A stretch of DNA of 64,000 nt from the human T2T-CHM13v2.0 reference genome, Homo sapiens (GCF_009914755.1 NC_060926.1); one strand, 5' to 3'; positions 19,585 through 37,147 are shown, counted from the first letter of the stretch. Notes: generated by a model from the sequence alone, not told the origin. Program-made: numbers and translations.

Positions 19585-20391
19585 GTGTAACAATCAGAAA
19601 GGAGGAGAAACAATGTCATTATTTATAGATGATGTGATAGTCTCAGTGTAAAACTCACATGATATGCAGATTAAATATTAGAACTGAACAGGTCTAGAGA
19701 AGTTGTATATATAAAACGAATATTTTTAAAATATATTGCATTTTTACATAACAAATTTACAATAGCAACACATATATTGTATCCATACATAAATCAAACA
19801 AGATGGAAAGATCTCTGTGGAGAAAATTATAAAACATATTAAGAGATACCAAAGTTAGACCTAAATAAAATGGAAAGGTAGACCATTTCCTGGATAAGAA
19901 AACTTTCTATACTAAAGAAATCACTTCTTCCTAAATTGACCGAGAGATTCAATATAATTCAGATTAGAATCTCCAAGGGTTATTTTGGAGAAATTGTCAA
20001 ACTCATTCTCAAAATTTACATAGAAGAGCTTAGGACCATGATGAAAATATTACTGAAGAAAAGTAAATGGAAGAAACTTGCCCTACTGGATATCAAGCCT
20101 TATTATAAAGCTAAATAATTAAGACATGCCATGATATTGGCACAGGGATAGACAAATAGACAAATAGAACAGAACAGAAAGCCCAGAGACAGCCCTATGC
20201 AGAAAATATAATAAAATTGGCACTACAGATGTAGAGAAAAGGAAGGCACTGCAGGAAATAGTTCTGAAACAATTGAGTATATCCATATGGACAAAAATGA
20301 AAGTGGGTTACTACTTCACACTATATGAAAAAAATCAATTTCAGATTGATTAAAGATTTGTAAGGCAAAATATACAACTGTTAAGAGATTA

Positions 20392-20827
20392 TAGTTGACT
20401 TTTGAACAATATAGGTTTGAACTGCATGAGTCCAGTTGCATGTGGATTTTCTTCTACCTCTGACACCCCTGAGACCACAAGGCCAACCCCGCTTCCTCCT
20501 CCTCCTTACCAGCCTACTCAACGTGAAGACGACAAAGAAGACATTTATGATAATCCACTTCCATCTAATGAACAGCAAATATATTTTTCACTTATTATTT
20601 TCTTAATAACATTTTCTTTTCTGTAGCTTACTTTATTGTAAGAATATAGTATATAATACATTTATCATACAAAATATGTGTTAATTGACTGTTTATGCTA
20701 TCGGTAAGGCTTCCAGTCAACAGTAGCTATTAGTAGCTAAGTTTTGGAGGCATCAAAAGTTTTACATGGATTTTTAACTGTGTGGGCGTCAGCATGCCTA
20801 ACCTCTGCATTGTCCAAGGGTCAACTG
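20392..20827. mobile_element. Tigger2a-type non-autonomous DNA transposon
   Basis: TIRs (T/C)AGTTGACTTTTGAACAA ... TTGTCCAAGGGTCAACTG, TA TSDs, about 435 bp. Confidence 0.85.
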
Positions 20828-21529
20828 TATATGAGAACATCTTCATGAACTCAGGGTAGAAAGAGATTTCCTGAGACCTAAAAATCACCAACCTTAAAGA
20901 AGATTGAAAATTAAAATTCAGGACTTTTATTCAATAAATGACACCACTATAAAAGTAAGAAAATAAGCCACAAACTGAACAAGATATGAAAGCTTGGCAT
21001 CCAGGATATGTAAAGTATAGCTATGAATCAACAAGAAAATGACAGACCAATTGAAAAATAGTCAAAGGAATGAAAGATCACAGAAACAAGCACAAAGGGC
21101 CCAGGAACATATGAAAAGATGCTCAACCTTATAGAATGAAATATAATCCCACACATGGAAGACTGGTGAAAATCAAAGATTGGTCAAATCAAGCAGTGAT
21201 AACTAAGTATAACAACTGAAATCTCCCACCCACTGTTTTTAGAGAATAAATGTGGAAAGCAGTTTAGCATCATCTAATAAAATTGGACATGTGCTTATAT
21301 AGCAACACACTACTTCCACTCCTGTGTCCATATCCGAGGGCTGTACATTTCAGACTGTGACTTGTAACACAGTCACTTAAAAGTCAATAGAAAGAATGGA
21401 AATATAAGAATTGAATAGAGATATCAGAATGCATTGCAATTAGTAAGGATATGTATTGTTTCCTTCACACATTATGTAGGTGTGTACATATGCGTACTGA
21501 CCGAATTATGATAATAAAGATTTATTTTA

Positions 21530-21965
<436 letters not shown>

Positions 21966-22996
21966 TTACGTCAAGACAGCAAAAACCTGCAAACGACAAA
22001 ATAAAATGGGATATATACATTGTGGTATATTTGTGTAATACAGTGAACAATCTACTGCAAACATCAACATGGTTGAATCTCAAAAATGGAATGATGGGCA
22101 AAAGGAATAACCCCAGAAGCATGCCTACTGTATGATTCCATTTATATATAATTCAAAAATAAGAAAAGTAAATGTGCTATTTACAGCACATACCTAAGTA
22201 ACAAAACTATAAAGAAAACCATGAAAATTATTAACACAATCTACTATAGAGGTGACCTGTAGTGGGGGATGGAGCAGGAGGAGAAACAGTCAAGGCAGAA
22301 CACTAAGGTCTTCTAGGGAACTTACCAAGTTTATTTCCTGAGTGGTGAGTACACATGTGTTCATTTTATTATGACACTTTACTTTGTACATACATGCTGT
22401 GTACAACTACACATGCAAGATACATGTCACAATTAAAATTTAGAATAAAATGTTACTTCCTGCTATTTTATTTAACTGCATCTCAACAGAAGTCTAATAT
22501 TAGAAGAAAATTTACTACTATGGTCAATGCATAGAAGGCTTAAATGAATATATAATTTGTTTAAAAATATTTCAAAACTTAACACAGTTGGAGAAAATCA
22601 GTCATCCTAAAGCTAGCAAACCACTTTGTGACCTGTAGCAACTCAAATAGTGGTTCAAAGAACTCTGTAAGGAGAGGATACAAGGTTTACCTTAAAATCT
22701 AATTAATGTCAAGTCATTGGTATCCCAGCTCAGCATCACACTAAACACACTAATTTTTTTTTCTCTAGAAACATAATCAGAAACTTAAAAAAATTAATTG
22801 GATGAATAATTTTACAACTGGGGAAAAACAGAGTTAGAGAACAGCCTCAATACAGAATTATCGATATAAATGATAGCATCCAGAATACATCACACTCTGC
22901 AGTCACTAAAATCAACCGGGTAATGTGTGCTACATGAAAAGATGCCCCTGATACTATGTCAGAGTGAGTAAGTTTCAGAAAAGTTTAATGTTTTAG

Positions 22997-23316
22997 GCCA
23001 GGCACGGCAACTCATGCCTGTAATACCAGCACTTTGGGAGGCCGAGGTGGGCAGATCACCTGAAGTCAGGAGTTCGAGACCAGCCTGACCAGCATGGCGA
23101 AACCCCATCTCTACTAAAAATACAAAAAAAAAAAAAAAAAAAAAAAAAGGTAGCTGGGTGTGGTGCTGCATGCCTGTGATCCCAGCTACTTGGGAGGCTG
23201 AGGCAGGATACTCCCTGGAACTTGGGGGGCAGAGGATGCAGTGAGCTGAGAATGTGCCGCTTCACTCCAGCCTTGGCGACAGAGCGAGACTACTCTCAGA
23301 AAAAAAACAAAAAAAA
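22997..23316 (+). mobile_element. AluS
   Basis: Dimeric Alu with an expanded middle A-run; TSD AAA(A/G)GTTTAATGTTTTA. Confidence 0.92.
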
Positions 23317-23341
23317 GGTTTAATGTTTTACTACTACTTCA

Positions 23342-23627
23342 GGCTGGGCACAGTAGCTCACGCCTGTAATCTGAGCACTCTGGGAGGCCGAGGTGGGTGG
23401 ATCACCTGAGGTCAGAAGCCTAAGACCAGCCTGACCAACATGGTGAAACCTCGTCTCTACTAAAAATACGAAAAAAAAAAAATTAGCTGGGCGTGGTGGC
23501 GCATGCCTGTGATCCCAGCTGCTTGGGCTGCTGGGGCAGGAGAATTGCTTGAACACGGGAGGCAGAGGTTGCAGCCTGGAGACAGAGTGAGACTGTGTCT
23601 AAAAATAAATAAATAAATAAAATAAAA
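23342..23627 (+). mobile_element. AluS with a right-arm deletion
   Basis: Alu with a (TAAA)n tail; TSD TACTACTTCA. Confidence 0.9.
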
Positions 23628-24639
23628 TACTACTTCAGGGTTTTCTTAATATTATATATTGGGAGATACACAAGCAAATATGTGAAAAAAAATCTAAACT
23701 ATTAATACTGGTTGAAATTGAGACTTTTGTTTTCTACTTTATACATTTCTGAATTGTTGGAATATTATTTTGTAATGAGTCTGTACTATTTTGTAATATA
23801 TATTATACACAAATTATATTACATACAAATTATATATTATATATATATAAACCATCAGATAACGATGATATGGAATAATCAATTTCCTGCTATGAAATAA
23901 ACAGAAAATGAAATGGTGGTAGAAGACTTCAGTTTAATAATAATTAGGACACTAAAATTGCAGCTATCTATCTTCTTTCTGAACATGAAAGACCTTGTTC
24001 TAGTCTGTGAAGAAATAGTTGTTTATTTTGCCATGTTTGTAAAACACTGACCCAAATATTTTTCAGAAATAGCCACAGCCACACTATTTACCATATTGGC
24101 ATTCCTTATTGATGGATAATGCCTTATCCCTCCCTCTCTCCCACGCACAGAGCAAATGCTCTTTTTACATTATTGAGTTGACATTTGAATAAACTCTCAT
24201 TTGACTGGTTTGCCCGCAAGTGCCTCTAGGTGAGTATACGGCCTTGAGGATATAAAGTTTAGAAGTTTTATCTGCCCCCATTGTACTTTCAAATTAGTAC
24301 ATGTCTGCTGTAACTTATTTGAACATAAAATACAGCAAAGTGAAATTATTAAGACCTTTTCTTTTCCTTCTTTCTATAGTTAGCACTAAGAATAAAAAGT
24401 TACTAATTGCCTCAATTCTATGAATATGATGCAATAAAGTTGCAGCACAAGAAAAAAATAAAATTTCTTTAAGTAAATTTTCTGGTGGCTGGCCCAATAA
24501 GCCAAATATCTCACAAATTTACAGACCTATGCTTTCTACATAATCACACCCCTCATCTACCCCCTTACAACCGAGAACAGGAAGTTTAAACAGTTTCAAA
24601 GCCTGAAGACTTACTTCTAAATCTAAAAAGGTTACATTA

Positions 24640-24997
<358 letters not shown>

Positions 24998-26386
24998 CAT
25001 CTTTAAAAAAGTACATTCTCTAACTTTAGGGAAGATAAGAAAGAAAATAGGGGCATGAATATGGCATAGTTGCCATAAAAAGCACTTTTGGAGATATCTA
25101 CTTCTCTAATAGCAGCATATTTCCTTGTTGAATTCCCTATTATCCAATAGTGTTTGTTCTCCAATTTGGGTACATAAACAAAGCTCAGGATATATCTCAG
25201 TAATTTATCCCACCTATTGAAATCCACTTCTTGTACTACTGATATCTCTACCACAGCTTTGCCTCATGGGCAAGAAAGATTACATGTCACTCTCCCAGTG
25301 TCACTGTGCCAAGCCAACTCTACCTAAAATTCTCCTGCATTCTATTCACACCATGCAATCCAGTAAGTTATTTTTTGTAGATTAGGCATATCATTAGGGA
25401 AGGTAATAATTTAGTACACGTAATGTTCATGGAGCTATTAGCTCACACCCTGTGGCTTTGGGACTGGGACACAATCTCAAGGAGGATAATGAAATTGAAA
25501 CAGAGTATTGATGATTTATCAACACTGTAGGTAAGATAGTAACATAGAGGCATCACTCTTTCATAGTCTCCTCTTCTCTAATAGCAGTTGTAGCATAGAT
25601 AAAACCCAGATCTTTGGAACAGCAGTTGAGAACTGGTAATAGACACATTAAAAACTGTGTAGATAAGATCAGCAAAATCTCTTACCCAATCCCACATGCT
25701 AGGCTAGACAAGTAGTGAAAAGACGATGTACTCTGAGAATATTAAGCAATATTTATTTCCGTCTACAAGAAATAAGATACATTTCTGATTCTAATGATGT
25801 CATGATTGAACTATATTTCAAACTGGCACAAGGCTACAGCAAGGAGATCTCAAATTTTTCCAGTTTTGTATTCCCTGTTTATTTTGTCCACTGCATTTAT
25901 TTTTATCTGCATTTTTCTGATTAATAAAAAGAGCAGGAGGGCTGGCTTGATTGACAGGCATCCTCGGTGCAGGATCTCCTCCTGACTGTTAAATATGCAC
26001 CTCACTGCTACAACACAGTGTTTCCAAGCTCTCCAGAACACAGCAGTCAGAAAGCCAGGAGACAACTTTCATCATTAGTAAACTTGCTGCAAGCTTTGGC
26101 AGAATGTTACAGAGTGAAAGAGCCATTAATGTTGAACTTAACTTTTTGACTGGAAAAGTTTGAAATGTAACATAGTTTACTACACAGCTTGTTTGTACTC
26201 ATACTTGGCAGAAAGTAACAAGAATACAATACAAAATGGATACATATTCAATATCTACAAGTTTGTTTAAACTACGCATAAATTAAGTGCTTTGAAACTT
26301 ATTACTAATGAAAATAAGGCGTAAAAAGCTTTTTTTTTGTTTTGCTACAAATCTGCATTACCATCACGCATTAAAATTCCTTTTTA

Positions 26387-26809
<423 letters not shown>

Positions 26810-26970
26810 TTAAAATTTTTAAAATATATATATATGTATGTGTACATGTGTTTTATGTATACAGATATACACTTTTTCATATTTTTTTCTTAAATAAGCA
26901 ACTTTCATCACATTTTCTTAAATGCTTTTGAAGTTAGGTGTAAGCTTTTAAGACTTTAAGACACTGCTTA

Positions 26971-27273
26971 GGCCAGGCGCAGTGGCTCGTGCCTGTAATC
27001 CCAGCACTTTGGGAGGCCAAGGCAGGCAGACTACCTGCGGTCAGGAGTTCAAGACCAGCCTGGCCAAAATGGTGAAACCCCATCTCTACTAATAATACAA
27101 AAATTAGCCGGGTGTGGTGGTGCATGCCTGTAATCCCAGCTACTCAGGAGGCTGAGGCAGGAGAATTGCTAGAACCTGGGAGGCGGAGGTTGCAGTGAGC
27201 CAAGATCGTGCGACTGCACTCCAGCCTGGATGACAGAGCAAGACTCTGTCTTTAAAAAAAAAAAAAAAAAAAA
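26971..27273 (+). mobile_element. AluS
   Basis: Dimeric Alu with poly(A). Confidence 0.92.
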
Positions 27274-28239
27274 GATACTGACTTAATTCAGTAATTTACT
27301 AAATTTACCCCACTCATGCACTTGTAACTTACTGAATGCCAATCATGTGCTGTAGAAAATCATACAGGTCATTTTCCTAGATCTTTATTTCCCAAATGTG
27401 AATTTTCCAAAGCTTATTTCTATTACCTGCAACAAGAATATCTGCTTAAGGACTCAGATGAGTCTTATTTCCTCTCTCTATATATATATTTTAAAGTTTT
27501 GACTTGCTCAGAGCTCTTTAAGTTCTTTGGTTGACACCATTCATTAAGCTTTCATTGGTCTTTCTTTTCTCAATACGGTAAAATTAATTTCATTTTTAAG
27601 AATTTTACTTTGATATTGGCCGTCATAGTCTTTTGGTATGAAAGTGTCCTTTCTCTATAAAATGTTAGTGAGAATGGATGGTGGTGATTGTTTCCTCACA
27701 TTTTTCTTGTATGTAAATTACCCCACATTTTTGTCAGTGGTGAAATTTTGCCACTCAGATCAGTCCAGAGTCTGGGAAACATAGCTCTGTAGCTTTTCTT
27801 ATTCTCTGATGTTCTTTTATTGTGTTGTAGACAATTTCCGTGATTGTGTGATTTTGTCAGAGCCTGACAGTCACATATCCTGGATGGCCATACTCAATTC
27901 CACATCCCCTACAATGTCTAGCAACCAGCACCACACTTACAACTACCTCTGTGTGTGTTACCTGAATCTAGTTAAGTTCTCATGTAAGAATACTGTGATG
28001 AGTTTTGACAGAAAAAGTCGTCTTGGCAATTTTAGCAAAATGTCTTGTGAAGGAAAGGTCATAAAAGGTACCTTTCCTGGTTCCTCTGTTAACCTCTGAG
28101 AATAGACTTCAGATTATATTGACGGCCATAGACGAATGCTGTTCCTAATAGTCAGAATCTCCAAAATCATTTTACCTAATCTGTATATGATACATTTTTT
28201 GAATAATAAAGATTAGTAGATGATGTAGAGCTCTGAGTT

Positions 28240-29230
<991 letters not shown>

Positions 29231-29339
29231 ACTGTTTCATTCGCATTTTTGGAATCTGTACGTAGAATTTCAGAATAAGCCTCCTCCATTCCTAAACAGA
29301 CATTAGTCTGTTTGATCAAATCTGCTAATTTCCAGAACA

Positions 29340-30184
29340 TACCCCTCAATCCACTTCAGTCTGCCATCTACCCCCATCACTACCCCACAATTGCTCTATC
29401 CAACATCAGCACTGATTGTCCCATTGCTCTTTATTTTTTAGTCCTTTTTTGCTAGTCCTCAGCAGCATTCAATACTGTTGATAATTCCTTTCTTCTAGAG
29501 AGACCTCTTCCCTTGATAGCCTCCTGCTTTTCTGCTACTTACTCTCCTCAGGTTCTGCTCCCTTTGCTTGGTTATTACGTGTTAAAATTTCTGAAGACTC
29601 ATTATAAAGTCTGCATTTCTGTAGCCTTCTTTTTCTATAATCTCTATACAAACTCATCCATGCATACGGCTTTCATTACCACCTATATACATTAATAGTT
29701 CACTCTCATATTTACATCTGTAACCCCAAAACCCTCCCCTGAGCTCAAATCCAAAATAGCAATCATCTCTTCACAGCTCTACTCAAAAATGACAAAGCGA
29801 CCTCAAACTGGAAATACCTAAACAAAATTCCAATCTCCTCCACAAAACCTGCCCCTTCTCCCACTCTTCCTTGTATCCGTGGAGGACATATTCAGTGAAA
29901 ATCCATGAGTTATTCTTGACATTGCTTTGTTCATCACCCTTCCCACAAACCCAATCCTGTAACAGATTCTATTAATTTAACCAGGAAAATCTATCTACTT
30001 CTCCCTAAACCCATAGTCATCACCTTAGTTCCTTAGTCCAAGCCAGCATTATTTCTTTTCCAGATGACTGCAATAGCTGCCTAACTATCTCCTATCTCCC
30101 TGCACTCACTCTTGCTTCCTATACCCCATTCTCCAAATTGTGGCTGGCCCTGGGGACTTGTGTTTTTCTCTTTTCAATCTCTCT

Positions 30185-30224
<40 letters not shown>

Positions 30225-30740
30225 ATACATTCACTGTACTTAAAACTTCTGATGTCCTTCAACCGATTTTAAAACGAAGACCCACATCCTTATCTTAGCA
30301 TGATTTACAAAGACTTGCATAAAGTGGCACCTACCTACCTTCTGCAACCTCACTGTAAGCCCCTCTAACCAACATTCTCTTTCCATCAGCCAAATAAATC
30401 TGCTTGCATTTTCAGAAAGATGTCATTTTCATTCCTTACTTAGAGAATGAACACAGGCTCTTTCCTTAGCCTAATTAATTCCCATTCATAACTCAGAACT
30501 TAGTTTAAATGTCAGTTCCTCTAGAAAGCCTCACTAGACTATATCACTACATTCACTAAACTATATGTGTTCACTGCATCATGCATCTTTTCCTCCTCAC
30601 GTAAAATTAATTGTACCTTATTTATGTGAATATTTGAGTATCTAATATTTTCATTAGACCCTAAGTTCCATGAAGGCAGAGACCTTCTACCCCCAGGACT
30701 TTACTTATTGTCTGTTATGTAGCAGGTATTCAATAATAAA
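29340..30740 (+). mobile_element. L2 LINE (RT 3' region and 3' end), with an internal (CA)n
   Basis: CCTCAGCAGCATTCAATACTGTTGAT (SAAFDTVD-like) and TAGACCCTAAGTTCCATGAAGGCAGAGACC..GTAGCAGGTATTCAATAA 3' end. Confidence 0.75.
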
Positions 30741-30764
30741 CTAATGTGTGTGGGGTTTTTTGTT

Positions 30765-31018
30765 GTTGTCATTTCTTTTGGAGACAGCGTCTTGCTCTGT
30801 TGCCCAGCCTGAAGTGCAGTGGCACAATCTTAGCTCACTGCAGCCTCAAATTTGTAGAGTCAAATGATCCAACTCAGCGTCTTGAGTAGCTGAGATTACA
30901 GGTGTGCACCACCATGCCTGGCTAATTTTTATTGATTTTTTTGTAGAGATGGGGTCTTGCTATATTGTCCAGGCTGGTCTCAAACCCCTGGCATCAAGTG
31001 ATCCTTTCACTTTGGCCT
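30765..31018 (-). mobile_element. AluJ (5'-truncated)
   Basis: Reverse Alu with J diagnostics (AGCTCACTGCAGCCTCAAA, GGGGTCTTGCTATATTG). Confidence 0.85.
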
Positions 31019-31523
31019 AATAAATATATACATTTTATTGAATTTGTTTTCTCATCACATGCATGTATAGTGTTTATTTACTCTGCGCCAGGCACCATTC
31101 TAAGTATTTTTTAAATACTAAGTTATATAGTCCATGTTCTATTAGCCCTTTTCAAGCACTGGCTTCTATTTGCCTATCTTGGACTTCATTTTAATCTACA
31201 CCACTTTAAGTTTGTGATAGTAGTGCACACTCTAATTGGACAGGGTATTTTTCTGACCCTTTATAAAAGTGAACTTTTAGAAGATTTTCTTGTGAACTCT
31301 ACATACTATCCTAAATTACCTAATACCCAAATTGTAAGTGTGGAGAGAGACGCTAGAACTCTGCGATGTTAATGACAAAGCATTTGCTTCAATATGATCC
31401 CATTTGTGAAATGTTTCTCTTTAAGTAATATTAATAATGCTGGAAGAAGTATGCCTTAAATTATCTCACAAATTCATTAGATGAATAATATAATTACAGA
31501 GTAAACAAAAAATCTTCCGTAGG

Positions 31524-31833
<310 letters not shown>

Positions 31834-31907
31834 CCGTAGTTCTTATGAACCCAGAGATTCAAGTGGTAAATCTTACAGCAGTATTGAGTTCGACAAAACA
31901 TGGTTCA

Positions 31908-33536
31908 GGACAGGCGCAGTGGCTCACACCTGTAATCCCAACACTTTGGAAAGTCCTGAGGCAGGAAGAACACATGAGGCCAGGAGTTCCAGACCAGTAT
32001 GGGAAAGATAGTGTGTCCGGAATTTGTGGGTTCTTGGTCTCACTGACTTCAAGAATGAAGCCGTGGACCCTCGCGGTGAGTGTTACAGCTCTTAAGGTGG
32101 CGCGTCTCGTGTTTGTTCCTTCTGATGTTCGGATGTGTTCAGAGTTCCTTCCTTCTGGTGGGTTCGTGGTCTCCCTGGCTCAGGAGTGAAGCTGCAGACC
32201 TTGGCGGTGAGTGTTACAGCTCATAAATGCAGTGTGGACCCAAAGACTGAGCAGCAGCAGGATTTATTGCAAAGAGTGAAAGAACAAAGCTTCCACAGTA
32301 TGGAAGGGGACCTGAGCGGGTTGCCACTGCTGGCTCAGATAGCCTGCTTTTATTCTCTTATCTGGCCCCACCCACATCCTGCTGATTGGTCCATTTTACA
32401 GAGAGCCGAGTGGTCTCTTTTGGCAGGGTGCTGATTGGTAGGTTTACAATCCCTGAGCTAGACACAAAGGCTCTCCATGATCCCCACTAGATTAGCTAGA
32501 TACAGAGTGTCACACAAAGGTTCTCCAAGTCCCCACCAGAGTAGCTAGATACAGAGTGTCCATTGGTGCATTCACAAACCCTGAGCTAGACACAGGGTGC
32601 TGACTGGTGTGTTTACAAACCTTGAGCTAGATACAGAGTGCCCACTGGTGTATTTACAATCGTTTAGCTAGACATAAAGGTTCTCCAAGTCCCCACCAGA
32701 GTCAGGAGCCCAGCTGGCTTCACCCAGTGGATCCCGCACCGGGGCTGCAGGTGGAGCTGCCTGCCAGTCCCACGCCGTGTGCCCGGACTTCTCAGCCCTT
32801 GGGTGGTCGATGGGACTGGGTGCTGGCGGAGAAGGGGGCGGCGCTTGTCAGGGAGACTCAGGCCGCACAGGAGCCCACAGAGGGGGAGAGGCTCAGGCAT
32901 GGCAGGCTGCCCTGCCCTGTGGGGAGGCAGCTAAGGCCTGGCGAGAAATCGAGCGCAGCGCCGGTGGGCTGGCACTGCTGGGGGACCCAGCACACCCTCT
33001 GCAGCAGCTGGCCCGGGTGCTAAGCCCCTCACTGCCCGGGGCTGGCAGGGCCAGCTGGCCGCTCCGAGTGTGGGACCCGCCAAGCCCATGCCCACCTGGA
33101 ACTCCAGCTGGCCCACAAGCCCCCGACCCGTGCAGCCCCGGTTGCCGCTCGTGCCTCTCCCTCCACACCTCCCTTCAAGCTGAGGGAGCCGGCTCCGGCA
33201 TTGGCCAGCCCGGAAAGGGGCTCCCACAGTGCAGCGGTGAGCTGAAGGGCTCCTCAAGTGCCGCCAAAGTAGGAGCCCAGGCAGAGGAGGCGCTGAGAGC
33301 CAGCGAGGGCTGTGAGGGCTGCCAGCACGCTGTCACCTCTCGATAGCAAGACCCTATCTCTACAAAAAAAAAAAATTAAAAATAATAAAGATAATTAAAT
33401 TTGGGAGGCAGGAGGATCGCTGGAGTCCAGGAGAGCTATGATCCTGCTTCTGCACTACAGCATGGACGAAAGAGCAGAACAAGACCCTGTCTCTAAAATA
33501 AACAAACAAACAAGCAAAAGAACAACAAAAAGACGA
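31908..33536 (+). mobile_element. AluJ split by an LTR12 insertion
   Basis: Left arm 31908-32011 resumes at 33343 (ATAGCAAGACCCTATCTCTAC) with a degenerate right arm. Confidence 0.8.
32012..33342 (-). mobile_element. ERV9 LTR12C-like solo LTR
   Basis: TGTGTCCGGAATT ... GCTGTCACCTCTC termini; perfect 4-bp TSD ATAG (32008-32011 / 33343-33346); ATTGG repeats; TTTTATTCT promoter box about 32350. Confidence 0.94.
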
Positions 33537-33919
33537 AAGCCACAGTTCCTCCACCAAAAGAAATTTGGGAAATATTCTAAAATCATTAACTTGAGTTTCT
33601 TTAAGAATGCTAAAATTAATCCACTATATTCCCAACCCTTTCAAAAAAAAAAAAAAAACAAAAAAAAACAAAAAAACTCAAGACTCAGACAACTTCCTGA
33701 AGACTTTTATCCCCCAAACACAATGACATACTTATCCTTTCCTACTCTCAACTCTCTATGCCATGCCCTCTGGCTTTCTGGGATATGTACCATGCTGCAT
33801 GCTATAGTTTGTCTCAACTCTCATCATTTCACTATTTTCTCAAAAGAATCACAATTATTTTGGGTGGAAGGAGGCAAGATTAGAACACTCACATGTTAAT
33901 ATGTTTTTATACTTATTCT

Positions 33920-34024
33920 GGTACATCTCAAACTTTAGCATGCAAAAGAATCACCTGAGAAACCTGTTAACACAAATTCCTGAGTTTCAGCAAGCAGTGG
34001 TTACGACTAGGTAGGTGTGGAATC
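33920..34024. mobile_element. MER5-like hAT-Charlie fragment
   Basis: TCTCAAACTTTAGCATGCAAAAGAATCACCTGAGA..GTAGGTGTGG..GAATTTGCATTTCT. Confidence 0.6.
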
Positions 34025-34335
34025 AGGCTTGTGAATTTGCATTTCTTTTTTTTTTGAGACAAAGTCTCATTCTGTCACCCAAGCTGGTGTGCAGTGGTGT
34101 GATCTCGGCTTAATGCAACCTCCGTCTCCCAGGTTCAAGTGATTCTCCTGCCTCAGCCTCCCAAGTAGCTGGGACTACAGGTGTGTGCCACCATGCCCAG
34201 CTAATTTTTGTATTTTTAGTAGAGACAGGGTTTCACTGTGTTGGCCAGGCTGATCTCGAACTCCTGACCTCGTGATCTGCCCACCTCAGCCTCCTAAAGT
34301 GCTGGGATTACAGGCATGAGCCACTGTGCCCAGCC
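34025..34335 (-). mobile_element. AluS
   Basis: Reverse Alu; TSD-like GAA(T/C)TTGC(A/G)TTTCTTTT. Confidence 0.9.
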
Positions 34336-34339
34336 GAAC

Positions 34340-35040
34340 TTGCGTTTCTTTTATGGTTTGTGTTTTCTGTCCTTTTGAAAAATCTTTGCCTAACCCAATG
34401 AATGTTAGAATTATTTATCTTATATTTATTTTTCCCTGTTTTCTTCTACAAATTTTATAGTTTAGCTCTTACTTTTACGTCCATTTCAAGTTCGTTTTTG
34501 GTATAATATCGAGTAAGAGTTGAGGTTCATTTTTTTCCATACATTTATCAAATTGTTTTACCACCATTGAAGTACCCTAGAATCTCTGTTGAAAATCAGT
34601 TGGACCATGTATATCCAATGATTTCTGAATTTCTCTATCTGTTCCAAACTGGGTTGAGACTAGCTTTACAGTAAGGCTTGAAATCAGGTACTATAAGACC
34701 TCCAGTTTCAAAACTGTTTGACTATTCTGAGCTCCTTACATTTTCATATAGTTTTTAGAATAAATTTTATCAATTTCTTTTAAAAATAGCCTGCCAGGAT
34801 TTTTATTGGTATTGCATTAAATCAACATGGAAAGAATTGCCATCTTAATAATATTGAGACTTCCAAATTATTATGGCAAATATTTTTCTTTGTTTAGATT
34901 TTTATTTCTTTAGCAAAGTTTCGTAGCTTTAGTATAGAGTTTTAGGTATGGGTTGTCTATAATTATAGGGCTATTTACATTTTCTGTTTCTTCTTAGGTT
35001 CATTTTGGAAATTTCTATCTTTTTAAGGTATTTGCCTATT
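34340..35040 (-). mobile_element. Old L1M ORF2 fragment
   Basis: AAATCTTTGCCTAACCCAA..TTTTATAGTTTAGCTCTTAC..GGATTTTATTGGTATTGCATTAAATC. Confidence 0.75.
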
Positions 35041-35791
35041 TTAAAGAACATTTGACTTATTAAAAGCTCCAATTTCTATTAAGTACATTCTGTTTTATTT
35101 GCTGTAATATACAGAGAAAACCTCAGTATATATATCTCAGGAAACAGAGTGAAGAGCAAATTCCTAAATATCTCAAATAGACATTTTAAGTCACAATTTG
35201 TTCAAGTTTTAGAGTGGAAGTCATATTCAACTGCCACTAATAACCAGGAGTGACTTTTTATATCTATTCTTCTCCAGCTTTTAAAAAATATTGAAATAAG
35301 ATTGTATTATTCTCCTCAGAAGGTGTTGTCTCAGGATGAAAGTAAAACGACAGGCCAAAACTGGAACTATTTTTATATATTTGAGCAAATGTGCCATTTT
35401 TACCTATTCCAGAAGACTGGAGCAACAAATTGATTTTTTTTAATAAATACCAAATTACTACAGACTGACATACATAAAACTAAGGAACTCGAGGAATTAA
35501 GTCAATGGTAAATGAGTGATTAGTGGCTAAATACGAGTTTGTATTGACTCATTTATCATATTCAGGGCAAGATATGTTCTGCATCCTTGTTAGTTAATAT
35601 TTTACATGAGTCTGATTCTACCACTATTTTAGCAATTTCCTGAGAAAACATTAGTGGATTTCTATTATCATAGCATAAAGGTATCAGGTTTGTGTTTGGA
35701 CCAAGTAGTTTGATTGCTAACACTTTTAAGAACAATGTCTGGCTCCATGTAAACCTGAAATTTTAAGGAAACTTTAAAAAACATAAATCAA

Positions 35792-36114
<323 letters not shown>

Positions 36115-36267
36115 TCAGTGACCATTAGTAAGTATAGGGACTTGGGTCTAGTTGTCATGTAACAGAATCCTCTCATATCCCTCTATCTTCCTCCTTCTCC
36201 AAACTCTTTCTGACTCCACATCTAAAAGAACTAGAGAAAACAATGCGGTGTGGTGTGGAAGCTGTAA

Positions 36268-36624
<357 letters not shown>

Positions 36625-37147
36625 CTTCTAGATTTGTTACAAAGATAAGAAACTCCTATAGAGAAAATAAGTTGGTAATTAGGCAGTATGTCAGGTCCTT
36701 AGCATCATGACAAGCCACAAACTGTTGTGTAATGACTGAAATAAATTTCAAAGGTCTATCCACTTTACTATGGTCAATCAGGAACCTGAGGCAATTCAAT
36801 TAAACAGCAATAGCCAATGAATAATAAAAAGTAGGTATCAGTTGCTGAAGGAGCAGACTTCTAAATTATCTCTGAAGGAATAAGGTGTATGTGACCAACC
36901 ATACTAAGAAACTACAAAGGATAAAACACTACAGATACAAGTTAAGTTGAATGACCAGAAAGCATTTTGTGCATACCTTTCTCAGGGCACTTATCACTTT
37001 GTTTCAGATACTTGTTTATAGGTTGGTTTCCCAAGGTGGCAATAAACTTCTTGAAGTCAGGAAAGTTATTCTTTGCTTCTCTAGCAATTAGTTCAAAGTC
37101 TAAGGCTTTAACAGGTACACAATGAATGACTTAAAAATGGATGAATA

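Noticed and set aside
24050-24260. Unique segment with CATTCC and CCATATTGG words suggesting an enhancer (similar motif clusters at 58550-58850)
   Set aside because: Short motifs only, and the CArG spacing is wrong (5 rather than 6 A/T); not supportable without chromatin data.
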